From Podarcis muralis (Eukaryota), in assembly GCF_964188315.1 (NCBI RefSeq), contig NC_135673.1, forward strand, positions 6,386,001 to 6,450,000: a stretch of 64,000 bases of DNA. Direction: 5' to 3'. Positions 1 to 11,975 of the stretch are shown piece after piece (the first letter of the stretch is position 1; every line of letters starts with the position of its first letter). The notes below the pieces were generated by a model, which ran no database searches, was not told the origin of the DNA, and saw nothing but the letters and a program-made list of their open reading frames with translations. The translations under genes were made by a program, and so were the position numbers.

Positions 1-921
1 CGCCCTGCACTGTTGTCTCAGATTTAGGAGCCTGGCATCTGCTCCCGATGGTCATCATATCCCCATCAAGACAAATAAATGTGTTGCCAGCACCACCCGC
101 CTTGAAGAACATCTTGTTGAGATGAAAGCCTTGGATAGATGTCGGGGGGGGGGGAGGTTTGCAGCGGACAGTGCTTGGGAGAAGTAGTCGGGGGGGCTTG
201 GCGAGAGCTCTCCAAAGCTCTCACGGGGAAAATATAAGAGTCCATTATAGCCTTAGCTTCTAAAACAGCCCTGGTGTCTGACTCTGCCCAGGCAAAACAC
301 AAATCAAAGAGGCTGATTCCACACATTTTCCACTTTGGGGGTCTTTTTATTTTATTTTTGTAGCCATGGCAACAAATGCAGTGGGAAATTGCAAGTTTCA
401 AGACACACGAAGTCAGCAAGCATCTTTATAGCTTAGGGAGATGAAGAAAATGAGGGAGCTAAAGGAGCCAATAGAGAAAGAGAGCGGCAGAGCCATGCTA
501 CAGGCAGATGTGCCAATAGAAACCAGTACCAGTACCAGGAATGAGGAACTAGAACTGCTTCCAAAATACTCCTCATAGGGAAGGGAGAATCAGTCTCTTT
601 CCAGTCCAGATCACTTTCACATATGTTCACCCATGCCTGTTCCAACCCGTTTCCACAGTAATCTGCCTTTTTAATTATTATTTTTAAAAACTCAGCACAG
701 AAAAATGCATTTAATTATGTAATTTCTCTCAAAACACCCAAATAGATTTAAACACATTTTTGAGCTGGGTTTTGGAATATTTGGAAAATGGCAAAGCCAG
801 TGGATAGGTTAAGTTTCAGTCCAATGCATTCCTACAAGAAAGGTCACAGGGCACCTTGAATGGGCTAGGATTTCCCCTGGTATTCAAGTACTGTATATCC
901 ATGAATCCATACAAGTGTAGA

Positions 922-1122
922 CATGGCTGGCCTGCCCATGAGGCAAAGTAAGGCAACCTCCTTGGATGGCAGGATCCACAGGGGCAGCAGATCTTGATGT
1001 AGATATTTATTCCCCACCTTGTTCCCGATGTAGATCTTTACTCACCCCTTCTTTCCTGGCAGGGAAGGAATGCACAATTTTGTGGTTTGCCTCAGGTACC
1101 AAAAAGTATTGGGGTGGCCCTG
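922..1122. mobile_element. Non-autonomous hAT MITE
   Basis: 8-bp TSD AGTGTAGA at 914-921 and 1123-1130; degenerate TIRs CATGGCTGGCC / GGTGGCCCTG. Confidence 0.8.
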
Positions 1123-1289
1123 AGTGTAGAGCTCTTTCCAATTAGGGATGGATGAATGAATCAGCCAGTGTGTTGCATCCTAGTTCTACACAGAGTACAC
1201 ACAATGAAATTCGTGTGCGTAAGTCTACTATAACTGTCAAAGTTTGAACAAAATCTATTGTCAGTTTCACATATGTTAATTCATAAGTT

Positions 1290-1932
1290 TATTCGATCTT
1301 GTTCATTTCATCCATAGGCCGGGTGGGGGGGATCCAGTCTTCCAGGCCTCTCTTTATGGACCTCTGGACTTTTCCTAGATCACACCACTGTGTCCCCCAT
1401 GATATTCTTGCATAGAAGCTCCTGGCAGTGATCTTGAGTAAGTTGATCCCACTTGGTGCCTCCGTAGAGAAACTGTACGGCTGGTTCAGCCCTACAACTG
1501 AGATCACCTGGAAGGTCTCAGCCAACACACCCCATGCCATCATCCACCTCCAGGCATGCTTCAGATGGCTGTGGAATTGACCCCACACAACTGCCGCCTG
1601 CTTCTGGTGGCTCCAGGTGGGGTCAATGCCTTCCCCTCCCTTCCATCACTTTGCAGTCAAGAAGTGTCAGGGACTGGGTATAGGAGGAATGGTGGAGACT
1701 TCCCACAGGTATTCATGCCTTACAGAATTGAAGGCCTTGGCCTGGTCAAGGGAGAGGATGTATCTGGACCATCAGCCCTGCTTCACAACCTCCAGCATCT
1801 CTCCGAAGGTGCACAAGAAGTCCATCATGTTTCTCCCTGGAATTTGTTTGTCTGACCCCAATGCAACACATCACTGACCTTGTTCATGCATTGCAGAAAC
1901 AAATGAGCCTTCAGTTCTTGATGTCACAGAAG
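1290..1932 (-). mobile_element. Decayed Tx1/L1-clade LINE RT fragment
   Basis: Minus-strand translation gives DIKN*RLI (cf. DIKNWRPISLL) and LSLDQAKAFNSVRHEYLW (cf. SLDQEKAFDRVDHEYL), with stops. Confidence 0.7.
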
Positions 1933-2317
1933 AGAATCATAGAATGATAGAATTGCAGAGTTGAAAAGGTCCCCAAGGCTCTTCTACCCAAACCTCCTGC
2001 AATGCAGGAATCTCAGCTAAAGCATCAATGACAGATGATCACCCAACCGCTGCTTAAAAACCTCCAAGGAATGAGAGCCCACAAATTCCCAAGGGAGACT
2101 GTTCCACTGCTGAACAGCTCCTACTGTCAGAAAGTTCTTCCTGATGTTTATTTGGAATCTCCTTTCTTGTAATGTGAAGCCACATTTGAGCCTTACTCTC
2201 CACAGCATGAGAAAACAAGCTTTTTCCCTCCTCCATTTGATAGCCCTTGATATATTCGAAGATGGCTATTATATCTCCTCTCAGTCTCCTCTTTCCCAGG
2301 CTAAACATACCCAGCTA
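1933..2317 (-). mobile_element. CR1 LINE 3' end
   Basis: ORF 2054-2308 MFSLGKRRLRGDIIAIFEYIKG matches the CR1 ORF2 C-terminus; ATTCT-type tail at about 1933-1950. Confidence 0.92.
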
Positions 2318-3041
2318 GGAAACAACTTTAATGTTGTATTTCAGCTGTGCCGAAACTGGAATAATTGGAGCTCCTTCTGCACTGGTACCCTATTCAAAAG
2401 CTAGAATTTGCTCGTACTGCTCCTTGGCCTGGCTTTCTTTTACCAAATCAATCTTTTTCTGTAGAATTAGAATGTATTTCAGTTTCATGATCTCCATAGC
2501 AGCTAAGTGTTCTTAGGTCTGTGGCTGAGGATATGACTCATCGCCAGTTATTAACAGCAGAGCTGTGTCCATGACAGCTGCTCCGTTTAACATAGCAGCC
2601 ATCAAAATATCGTGGCCAGGAAAATCCATGAAAGAGATATGCCTAACTAGTTTAAAATTCCCTTTGGTCCCAGAAGTATCTGTTGGGAATTTGTCAGGTA
2701 TACTGCTCCCACAGGATTGGTAACATTCTGGCTGAGAACAACCTGGATCATGACGTTTGTAAATCTTAGCTTTGGCATAGCCCAGCTTGATAGTGATATT
2801 TCTCTCCAGTTCATTTTTGACTCAACAGTATGAACTTCAGAAATAGATTTTACTACTGTGGACTTTCCATAAGCTACATGGTCAATTGTACCTATATTAA
2901 TTGTAGCTTGCCTGTTGATGACTTCTGGTGACAGAGGTGTCAACTTATTTACTTCTAAGGCACTCAGGGAGAGGTGTGGCTGCTCCAGAGTCACTCCTCC
3001 CTCATCGCCTGCCATCTTGAGGGAGTTGTCTTTGTCCTCAA
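2318..3041 (-). pseudogene. EIF2S3: Processed pseudogene of eIF2-gamma, 5' half only
   Basis: [16 protein letters not shown]...[32 protein letters not shown], then after a frameshift [31 protein letters not shown] and AEGAPIIPVSAQLKYNIKVV; intronless, with a frameshift and stops; ATG at 3015. Confidence 0.95.
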
Positions 3042-3271
3042 GTCACTGTAGGAGAAAGGTGTGCAAATGGGTCTCTTTGGGAGAAAACAGCCTCAGGCTG
3101 GAATGCAGGCTAATGGAGTCTGTATGAGGAGAGAAAGACCTTTTATTTCAGGTCTGTTTGGTGTAATTTTATATTACTAAGAGCTGAACCTTTGCTTGGA
3201 CATGCACATAATTTTATACTACTATAGTAATCTATGCTATTATAGGTTCATCTAACCACAATGGACTCAGT

Positions 3272-3620
3272 TCATTCCTTTGTTGTATATACCACAGCTA
3301 AAGATGGTAGCAAAGACTCCACCTCGTAACTGCAAGACACCTCATACCTTTGCCTGTCTCCTCTGCCAACATGGCCTCCAGTGAAGGTGCCACCATGGAC
3401 TCTGCCGAAGCCACCACCCCTGACACAATCTCCTCCTCTGTGGCCTCCTCCTCCACCACCACCACCACCAATGCAGCCTTTGCCAAAGCCACTACTGCAG
3501 GAACAATTTCTGCTGAACCTGCCAGCATGGCATCTGTTGAAGCTGCTGCTGTTGGTGCATACTTCCAGAAGCCAGCTCCCAGAAGTGCCACAATGGAAGG
3601 AGGAGAAAAGTGGTGACACA
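3272..3620 (-). other. Gly/Arg-rich (RGG-like) decayed coding-like fragment, parent unknown
   Basis: ORF 3272-3619 GFGKGCIGGGGGGGGGHRGGDCVRGGGFGRVHGG; its Cys/His codons fit CpG decay of Arg codons. Confidence 0.3.
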
Positions 3621-4128
3621 CAGAGGCAAATGTGGGTTTTCCTTCAATTTGTGGTCCCATGCTCTTGTGCGAGCGAACTGATTTGCACCACAGGGTGGGA
3701 CGAAAATATGCCCTTACTTTGGTCCCACACTCTGGTGCTGCCAGAGCCCAGGAGCCAAAATGGGACATTTGGGATTGGAATCAGAAACTGGAATGGCTCC
3801 TGTAAATCCAGAATATCCCACTTAAAATGGGACAGTTGTGTCCCATATCTTCCAGTGGTGGCTGATGTCCGTTGGGACTGGTATGGCAGAAGGCAGGGAG
3901 GTCAACCATAAGTGGATCCAGAGCCAATGACAGACAAATCCAACTAATCCTAGCTTTGTTCTCACCCTCCTTCCCGCAGAGTTTTACAAGGGCAACACTG
4001 AGACAAAATGCGAGGAACCTGACACACGGTGCCTGTCCTGGCCCTTGTTGCCAGGCAAAGAACTTGAACTCTCAGCTCAGTTTCTGCCAAAGGCTTTAAA
4101 ACTTAAATCAGAGTGGTACATAAAGAAG

Positions 4129-4453
4129 TGTCAGGGCTGGACTCAGATGCAGTTCAGCATGAAAGAAGCAGAGCTCTGTTGTCAGTGAAGTTAACTCTTT
4201 ATTCAAGGAAACTACATACAACTCAGCAACACTTCCCAGCAGGTCTTGCCCCTATGGAGCAGTTGCCCGGACTGAAGGTTTCTGCCTTCCATCCTTTCTA
4301 AGGCTCCTCCTCACCTGGATGTTTCCCAAGCGGTCTCAAACTGCATATGTGCACTCCTGGCCTGTTCTTATTATTCTGGGCATTTATGGAGAGCAAGGGG
4401 GAAGGGAGCTTGTCGCAGCAGGAGAGGGAGATTACCTGAATTCTTCAGCAGTT

Positions 4454-4493
<40 letters not shown>

Positions 4494-4679
4494 ATGTTTC
4501 AGCCTCGGAGTCTGAACTGCTCCCTGTCACAGGCTCTTCTTGCTCACTAAACCCTGTAGCCTCTTCAGCATCCAGCACCACCAATTCCCTAGCTCTGAGT
4601 CTTCCTCTTCGGGGTTTCCCTTGGGAGATCCCTGGCTGGTGCCTCCCACCACTCCTCTTTGTCCAGTCGGTCCCTGACA
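4129..4679 (-). mobile_element. Solo LTR (Gypsy-like) containing a (CA)n tract
   Basis: Termini TGTCAGGG...CCCTGACA; TTTATT (AATAAA on minus) near 4198; no clean TSD. Confidence 0.65.
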
Positions 4680-5984
4680 GCAAGACACAATTACAAGGTA
4701 CAGCAAGTGTGCAAGAGGATAAGATACATAGCTAGGTACAAGCTAAGACATTGATCCATAAGTGGCACACCCTCTGCATCTTCCTTTTGATGGATGGGGT
4801 AGGCATAGCTTTAGTGTGACAAATGTTACAAGACTGGATGAGCAAATGGCACCCCTCCAGGCGAATTCAGCTCATGAGGTCTGTTTACAACGGTGCTGTT
4901 AGCTCCATGTCCTAGGAGAGGAAAGTGTAACTAGGTTAGCATTTTATTTACTCTTCAGAAGGAGCCTCACTGCTGGAATACCAGGGGCAGTTCCATGGGT
5001 GGAGGGAATCTAACTAGGGGTGGTCAGTGACACTGGAACTAAACACTCTCCTGCTAATCAGCTTGGTCCCTTCCTGGGATCCAGGTCTCCATCTTTGAAA
5101 CTATTAATCCCTTCCTTGGCTCTGACACTTGTTAGGGTCCTACTGACACCTTCTCCCACCCTACCAGGATCCTCCTCACGGTCATCCAGCTCCAGTTTTC
5201 TAAGCTCTTCCCATTTCCTCCTAGGATTAGACCACCCACCCACCCTATGACACTTCCATGGGATTCATGACACTGCCATCCTCTGAACGGGTTGTAAGCA
5301 AGAAGGCAGGCAGTTGGGAGCTTGCTGAGGGCCAACTCAGGTTGGTGGCTATTGCCCCATTCACCCTGATGGATCAGCCTCCATAGATACCTTCCATAAA
5401 TTAGGTAATTTAAAAATAACTGGGAAAGGGGGACTTGCAGCCTCACATAAATATATTGCTCCACACAGCCATATGTATCAGCACAATGACCAAAACAATA
5501 TGGTTGTATTAACAGATACTACCTACCTTTTAATGGATCTCAGCTGCCAGGATTAGCTACCAGTAATGTACTTTGAGCTGTCAGGCAATATCGCAAACTG
5601 TGAGTGCATTACACGTTATAGGCATCAATTTTTTTCTAAGTGAAAAGGCATTTCAAATTCAAAACACTTCACATCTAATGATGGGAAATTATCTTGATGG
5701 ATCCCCTTCAGTTGGGAGGGAGAAGTGGGAGAGAACCACAACTGATCAGGAAGTGGTGAATTGTATACCCCACCCCCACCCTCAATCTACCCAGAGAAAG
5801 CTGAAAGGCATATGTCTGGATGAAGCAGATTGGGAATCTAAAAGCAAATGGAAGAAGACATTTTGAGGCTGCTCTGGTTGTCAGAAAATGAATGAGTACA
5901 TGGAGCTATCGCCCTATGGCCAGAGCTTTCATAGGAATGACAAATGATTACAAAAATCATCCTCATTTGAATTTCAGGGTTCAT

Positions 5985-6066
5985 TTGGTTGTGATTCCTT
6001 CATTGCAGGGGGTTGAACTTGATGGCCCTTGGGGTCCTTTCCAATTCTACAGTTCTATGATTCCAT
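5985..6066 (+). mobile_element. Short CR1 3' end
   Basis: GATTCCTTCATTGCAGGGGGTTGAAC...CCAATTCTACAGTTCTATGATTCC, typical CR1 3' UTR and tail. Confidence 0.75.
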
Positions 6067-6149
6067 ACTGAAGTTCCAAAGGACACATTCTTCTTCCCAA
6101 AGTGGAACCAATACATCTAACACTCCTCATGACATTTGAAGAAGGTTGC

Positions 6150-6330
6150 TGAATCAGGCAGGCCCAAGGCATGTCTAGTGCAGCATCCTGTTCTCACAGT
6201 GGCCAGTCATATGAATATGACTTGAACATAAAAGCACTCTCTTTAATTGTGATTTCCAGGAACAGGTAATTAGAGGAATTTGTCAGATAAGTGGAGGTAG
6301 AACCTAACCATTGTGACTGATAGCCATTAA
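6150..6330 (-). mobile_element. CR1-type 3' UTR fragment
   Basis: TCTAGTGCAGCATCCTGTTCTCACAGTGGCCA resembles the CR1 end at 51185-51400. Confidence 0.5.
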
Positions 6331-7514
6331 TACGTATTCAATGCTCTGTTCCCCCATTTTTATTTCCAATTTTGCTAATGTATATTTTCTCCCTCCCCCC
6401 AAACACTAGAACTCATTTCAAGCAGAGTTCAAATCTAGAGTAAAGTGAGGCCCAACTCATAATGGAACATAGACTTCAGAATGATGGGAGTTTATATTCC
6501 AAATCCCTCACAGCTGAATTCCCCCACTATATCTCAGAAAAGTTATTTGTCTGATCAATTCACGATCTCCCCACTCCCCTCCAAACCTCAGATCGTCCTC
6601 TAGTGGTGCTTCCAGAAACAAAGAGTGGCCACCTTGCCAATTTGCACGTCCCTTCCCATCAGAGATGTTATATCCAGTGACATTTGAGAGTCCCTATGCT
6701 GACAAATTGCATCCTGGCAGATGAGTTGGATCTTCCAGAAATTCATCCCTCAAAAGAGAAACTGCTTCTTAATACTGAATAGAGTTTGTTCCTTCCTAGC
6801 ATGCTGTCAAACTCAGGTATCTCACACCACCTAAGATGGTGTCTCAGGCCAGACCTAATGCATGCTTACAACCCCAGAAGATAACTACTAATTCCAGAGA
6901 TGTTGCCTTTCATACACTTCACACGGATGTGTGAACCTGAGAGTTTGAAGCCAAAGAGTACAGCATTTACAAAGAAAGTAAACCTCCACCCCCCCCCACT
7001 GTACCCTGTAGCAGTGGTGGAAGATCACCTTATAGCAGGGATCACCAACTTCCAGTAGGCACACATGGAGAAAGTGTCATGGACACATGTCTTGGGGGGA
7101 GGGGAGGCTGTCATAACCCAAAATGACCGCCACATCTAAGAGAACAGAAAAAGAGACAAGATCACTAAATGGTGTGGCTATGCTCTCCTCCAACAATGGG
7201 TCACTGTGGCTGCTCACCAAGGGAAGCTCTTTGGACATCTCTACTCTGCAGGAGAGAAGGTAGGGAGGGTGTTGGTGTTTTGTCATAACAGAAGGGAGGG
7301 AGGTTGTGGGTGTTGAGTCCTGTCATATAATGAAATGCGAGCATCTCTGAAGGGAAGTGTTGTTCAATATAGGAGAGGCAGACAGAAACAAGCAAACATT
7401 CTCTCATGCATTCTGCATTTTTCAGGTGATATTGTTCCGCGGGTTCCAAAGGAAATACTAGTGAGCACATGGTTGCCTGTGAGGACTGTGTTGGCTACCC
7501 CTGCCATTACACAA

Positions 7515-7645
7515 TCTTTAGCAACCTGGCATCCTGTAGATGTTTTGTAATACAACATCCATCAGCCCAAGGAATTACAGCTGTGGTGGCTGGACTTATG
7601 AGAGTTTTAGCCAAAACATCTAGAGGCTGCCAGGTTGGCAAGGAC
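7515..7645. mobile_element. Diverged palindromic hAT-type MITE
   Basis: Inverted arms GCAACCTGGCATCCTGTAGATGTTTTG / CAAAACATCTAGAGGCTGCCAGGTTG; resembles 57612-57747. Confidence 0.6.
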
Positions 7646-8517
7646 TGCTTTAAAGAAACAGAATGTCTAAGAACCAAAAGAATGAGTCGGACAAGCTGAT
7701 TGACAGTCTTTCTGCACTCTCTTGTTTTTTGCCTGAAAACCAAACTGGTTACTGCTGCATTTCTGGTCCAGGTCAGGAGCCCTGAGGGAAAATGGCACCA
7801 TCCCACCTGTCAGGAGGGATTTCAATATGAAATAGTATTTTCTAAGGTGGCGGGGGAGCGGGGGGGGACAGCCCTTTGAGATTGCCTCATTAGTCAGGGA
7901 GCATTTGCATGCCTATGGCTGAAGGCAAAGGATGACCTTAAGTTGCATTATCACAAGGAACATGATGTTTCACTTGGGGCAGGAGAAGGCAGCAGGAAAT
8001 TAAAGCTTCAGACATTAGGAACTGGGGCTTTGATGGCCCTCTCCTAGCCAACATGGCATGCATAATAAATGGTACTAAAATAACAGGGTTGCAGGTTGGA
8101 ACCAGGGTTGCCGGTTGGAACTCAGAAGCTAGGAAACTGTTTCTTTCCTGGAAGCCACAATCACGACTATATTAAGGACCCAAAATACTGATAGGCCAAG
8201 GTCACAAACTACTTGTGTGCTGTAGTTGCAATTTAAAATGGAGATGTTTTCATAAAAGGCCAGCTCTAGGGATGTGTTTGTGTTTACAAGCAAGTGGTGT
8301 ATAAATTTTATGAATAAAATAAGTCAATATCCCAGACCCTCAACCTGGTCTCCCTACCCAAGCTGCAAGGCTCTGTCCTCTCACTATGTCTCCTCAATTT
8401 GTAACTCAGAACCAGTTCTCCCTATCTTATTCCCTATCTCCCAATCTGAAACCTGTTTAAAATCTCAGCTCAAATCCAATTCCTCTTCTCAAATCCACCC
8501 CTATCTCTCATCTTAAA

Positions 8518-8522
<5 letters not shown>

Positions 8523-8587
<65 letters not shown>
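8523..8587. repeat. (TC)n microsatellite
   Basis: Direct reading. Confidence 0.98.
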
Positions 8588-8589
<2 letters not shown>

Positions 8590-8910
8590 AAACTGCTCCT
8601 TTTATTCTTCCCCCCAAAGTGCTGTTCCTCTCCCCACTGTGGCCAGCTGACTCTGTAGCCAATGAACGAGAGGCTCCAGCACTCTGATGAAGTTTCAGAG
8701 GAACTGCATCACCAGACGCTAGTCCGGCTCTGCTGTCCATCACAGATCCACTCTAAATCAACAGCCTTTTGTGTACACAGGTTGCTTTCAGCCAGATGAA
8801 TGACCAGCAGGTCAAGTGAGCAGAAGTACTGAGCGTATTTGGAAAGCTCTGGTCTAAAATTGCACCACAGCATCGCAGTCTGGAAATCCAGGAAAACATG
8901 TGCCCAGGAA

Positions 8911-9081
8911 CAGTGGCGGAGTTTCATGCTCCAGCACCGGGGTTCAGAAAGCAAGCTGGGGCATGGTGCGCGTCCCAGGAGCATGACACCCAGCATGGGC
9001 GGGGGGCAGCCGTGATGGCACCCCACCGGGATTGCGCTGCCTGGGGTGGTGTGCTCCCCCGCCCCCCTTCCTCCGCCAGTA
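8911..9081. mobile_element. hAT MITE
   Basis: TSD CCCAGGAA at 8903-8910 and 9082-9089; TIRs CAGTGGCGGAG / CTCCGCCAGTA. Confidence 0.85.
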
Positions 9082-9419
9082 CCCAGGAAAACATGCGCCC
9101 AAGGCTCAAGGCATAGCTGGTTAGACCACAACATGCTGTTCCACCCAGTGCACTGTATGGTGCCTGATGATCCCACCTGCTTGTAGCCTGAAAATTAAGC
9201 AGAATTACTGACAGTAGTGTGCTCCCAAAGAAAGATGGACATGACCCTGAAATGCACCCAGTCACCAACGCTTCACAGTCTTTATCAGCTCATCACTAAC
9301 CCCCGGGAAGCAGCAGAAGTAACAGCTCCAATATGAAAAAACTGAGTCCATACACTTTAGGGGATAGCCCCAAGCTCCCCATGGCTGTTCTTAGCACCCA
9401 GCCACCTGATCAGCCATGA

Positions 9420-10352
9420 TCCATCCAGGTGAATGAACAGCTGGCTGCCTACAGTAAACCAAAAGCTCAGAAAAATCATTCATGTCCCAGATTGGACATG
9501 GGAGAATTGGAATAAGATCCTAGGATGAGGGACCAACTCCCTTCTCTTGTGGGGGCCCAGTTAGTGCCATTGCCATTAAGAGTTTGGGTGTAATCCCTGA
9601 CGCCTCCCTTTCCATGGAGGCGCAAGTTACAGCAACAGCCAAGCCGACATTTTCCCACCTTCGCCGCATCAAGCAGTTGGTCCCTTACCTTTCCCGCAGT
9701 GATCCATGCGACGGTCATCTCCAGGCTTGACTACTGTAATTCGCTCTACGCGGGGCTGCCCTTAAAGCTGTCCCAGAAACTCCAGCAGGTGCAGAATGCT
9801 GCAGCGAGGTTCCACATGGGGTCCCTGCCATGGGAGCATATTCATCCAGTGCTTTTCAAGCTGCACTGGCTCCTGGTGGAGTACAGGGTCAGATTTAAGG
9901 TGCTGCTTTTAACCTTTAAAGCCCTTCATGGCCTAGGACCCTCGTACCTACGGGACCGCCTCTCCTGGCAACACCCTAGTGGTCCCAGGCCCTAAGGAAG
10001 TTAGATTAGCTTCAACCAGAGCCAGGGCCTTTTCAACTCTGGCTCCAGCCTGGTGGAACGCTCTGCCTCATGAGACCAGGGCCCTGCAGGATCTGATTTC
10101 TTTCCGCAGGGCCTGTAAGACAGAGTTGTTCCACCTGGCCTTTGGCTTGGAGCCAATTTGATTCCCTCCCTCCCTCTCTTTCTTTTTTCTTTTCCTTCTC
10201 CTCCTGCGGAGAGGCTACATTTTAATGTTTCAATATTTTAATGTTGTATTTTAATTTCGTTTTTAAGTTGTAATCATTCAACTTGTTTTTATTATTGCTT
10301 GTAAGCCGCTCTGAGCCTGGCCTTGGCTGGGGAGGGCGGGGTATAAATAAAA

Positions 10353-10389
<37 letters not shown>
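9420..10389 (+). mobile_element. L2 LINE 3' portion with (ATT)n tail
   Basis: ORF 9699-9995 VISRLDYCNSLYAGLP...LQQVQNAAAR...LHWL is the L2 ORF2 C-terminus; tail at about 10354-10389; 5' boundary approximate. Confidence 0.92.
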
Positions 10390-11559
10390 GTGCCCCTATC
10401 GCATTGGTCAGTCTCTGAACAGCACATGAACTCTGAATCTGTACAGCTGACATCAACAAAGCACAAAGCCATGATGAGGAGTTGGTTTTGAAGCTGTGAC
10501 ATATTTGCTCACCCTCAGAGAGCCAAAAGGGCCAATGTGAATGCCGCCCAGAAAAAGAGAGGCCTCATAAGGGGACCAACAAACAGAAGGAACTCAAGGC
10601 AGCACATGCATTTGGTTAACAGATGCTTCCTGCCAGGACCAGGCCTGCTTAGCTTCATCAAGGTGGTAGCTTCATGTGCCTTCAAACCATACCCTGGGAC
10701 CAGGATATCCCTAGCATTGGTTGGGAGTAAGCTATTCTTAGCATACACTGACCAGGCTACATAGGAATGGTCTATAGAGGGACCGGAATAAGGAGACAAA
10801 GTGGATGTGGAAGCCAAATAGTTCCATCAGTTCCATCCCAATGATGGCATAATAGCCATTAGGAAATAAACAGAGAACATTATTTTGGCAAGGAATATTG
10901 ACAGAAGGGTCTGTTGTGCCACAGGTGCCATATCATTTTCTCTTTGTCTCCCAATAACTGAAATTTGCTATATAGTAAAAGAACAACCCTCCGAGTCACG
11001 CAGATGTTTGAGAAGGCATTACGAAATGGCTGATCAGCCTCCAATGTAGGTCTCGATCTATTCTCTTTCAGTCTTCTCTGACTGGGCCCACCACTATACA
11101 TGCATTTCTTCAAATTAGGCGCCTTTGATATGTTGTCAGTGTTTTTAAATGAGGGAGTCTGGCAGCGTGCATCCCCCCTCTGGCCACTGGCAGATCATAT
11201 CTTTCAAGGAGATAGTGTGAATTAGATAATTGTACTTAACATGAACTAAACCAAAAGAAAGTCTACATTGGGATGACTGTCCATATATATATGGGTATAT
11301 TTTTATTTTATTTTTGCTCCACTGGTATTTTCTATCTGCTGAAATACCTCATTTTTTAAAAAAAAAAAAAGACTTTCCCCAACCTGGCACTAGTGTTTTT
11401 TTATTTTTAAAGAAAGAACTTTGTCTGCATTTTCATGTGAATTTCTCCCAATAAATTTTGATATGCATTTTTTTTCTAATAGAAATATTTTGCAAAATAT
11501 TGCATTTTTGTATGCTATTTTCACACATACTCACATTTTTTTAAAAAAATTATTCACTT

Positions 11560-11975
11560 TTTCCAATCAATACAAACACCAAACTAAAAAGACACATACA
11601 ACAAAAAACATAATAATAATAACACGAATTGACAACTCGAATTTAAATATAGTAATATCCCTATGCCTACCCCTTCTTTATCACCACTCCCCCCCCCTCT
11701 ATTTCCCACTGTTATCCGCCTTGTCACTTAGATATTCGTTCCAAATTTCTTTGTATTTATCCATTCTTATTTTGCTCCAACAAGCAATTCTTTCGTATGT
11801 AGCTAATCTGTCTATATTATCAATCCATATGCTCAGTGGAATCTTTTTGCAACTCACCTTTTTCCAATTCACCAAAACAAGTTTTTTTTTTCTTCTTCTA
11901 ATATAGCACGATACAACCACATTTTTTGGCCCCTTGAGATCTTCCAAGTCTCTGGAATATAATTTAGAATTAAAG
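11560..11975 (-). mobile_element. L1 ORF2 C-terminal and 3' UTR fragment
   Basis: IPLSIWIDNIDRLATYERIACWSKIRMDKYKEIWNEYL is typical of reptile L1 C-termini. Confidence 0.8.

Noticed and set aside
3370-3680. Plus-strand Cys/His-rich frame with several in-frame TGA (selenoprotein-like)
   Set aside because: Explained as the reverse complement of the GGN-rich tract; no SECIS or selenoprotein similarity recognised.
5020-5470. Charged ORFs such as RRKWEELRKLELDDREED
   Set aside because: No recognisable family or splice support; probably decayed retroelement sequence.
7150-7480. Exon-like segments (KITKWCGYALL...SAGEK|GT; AG|GDIVPRVP)
   Set aside because: No protein match recalled and the splice pairs are incomplete.
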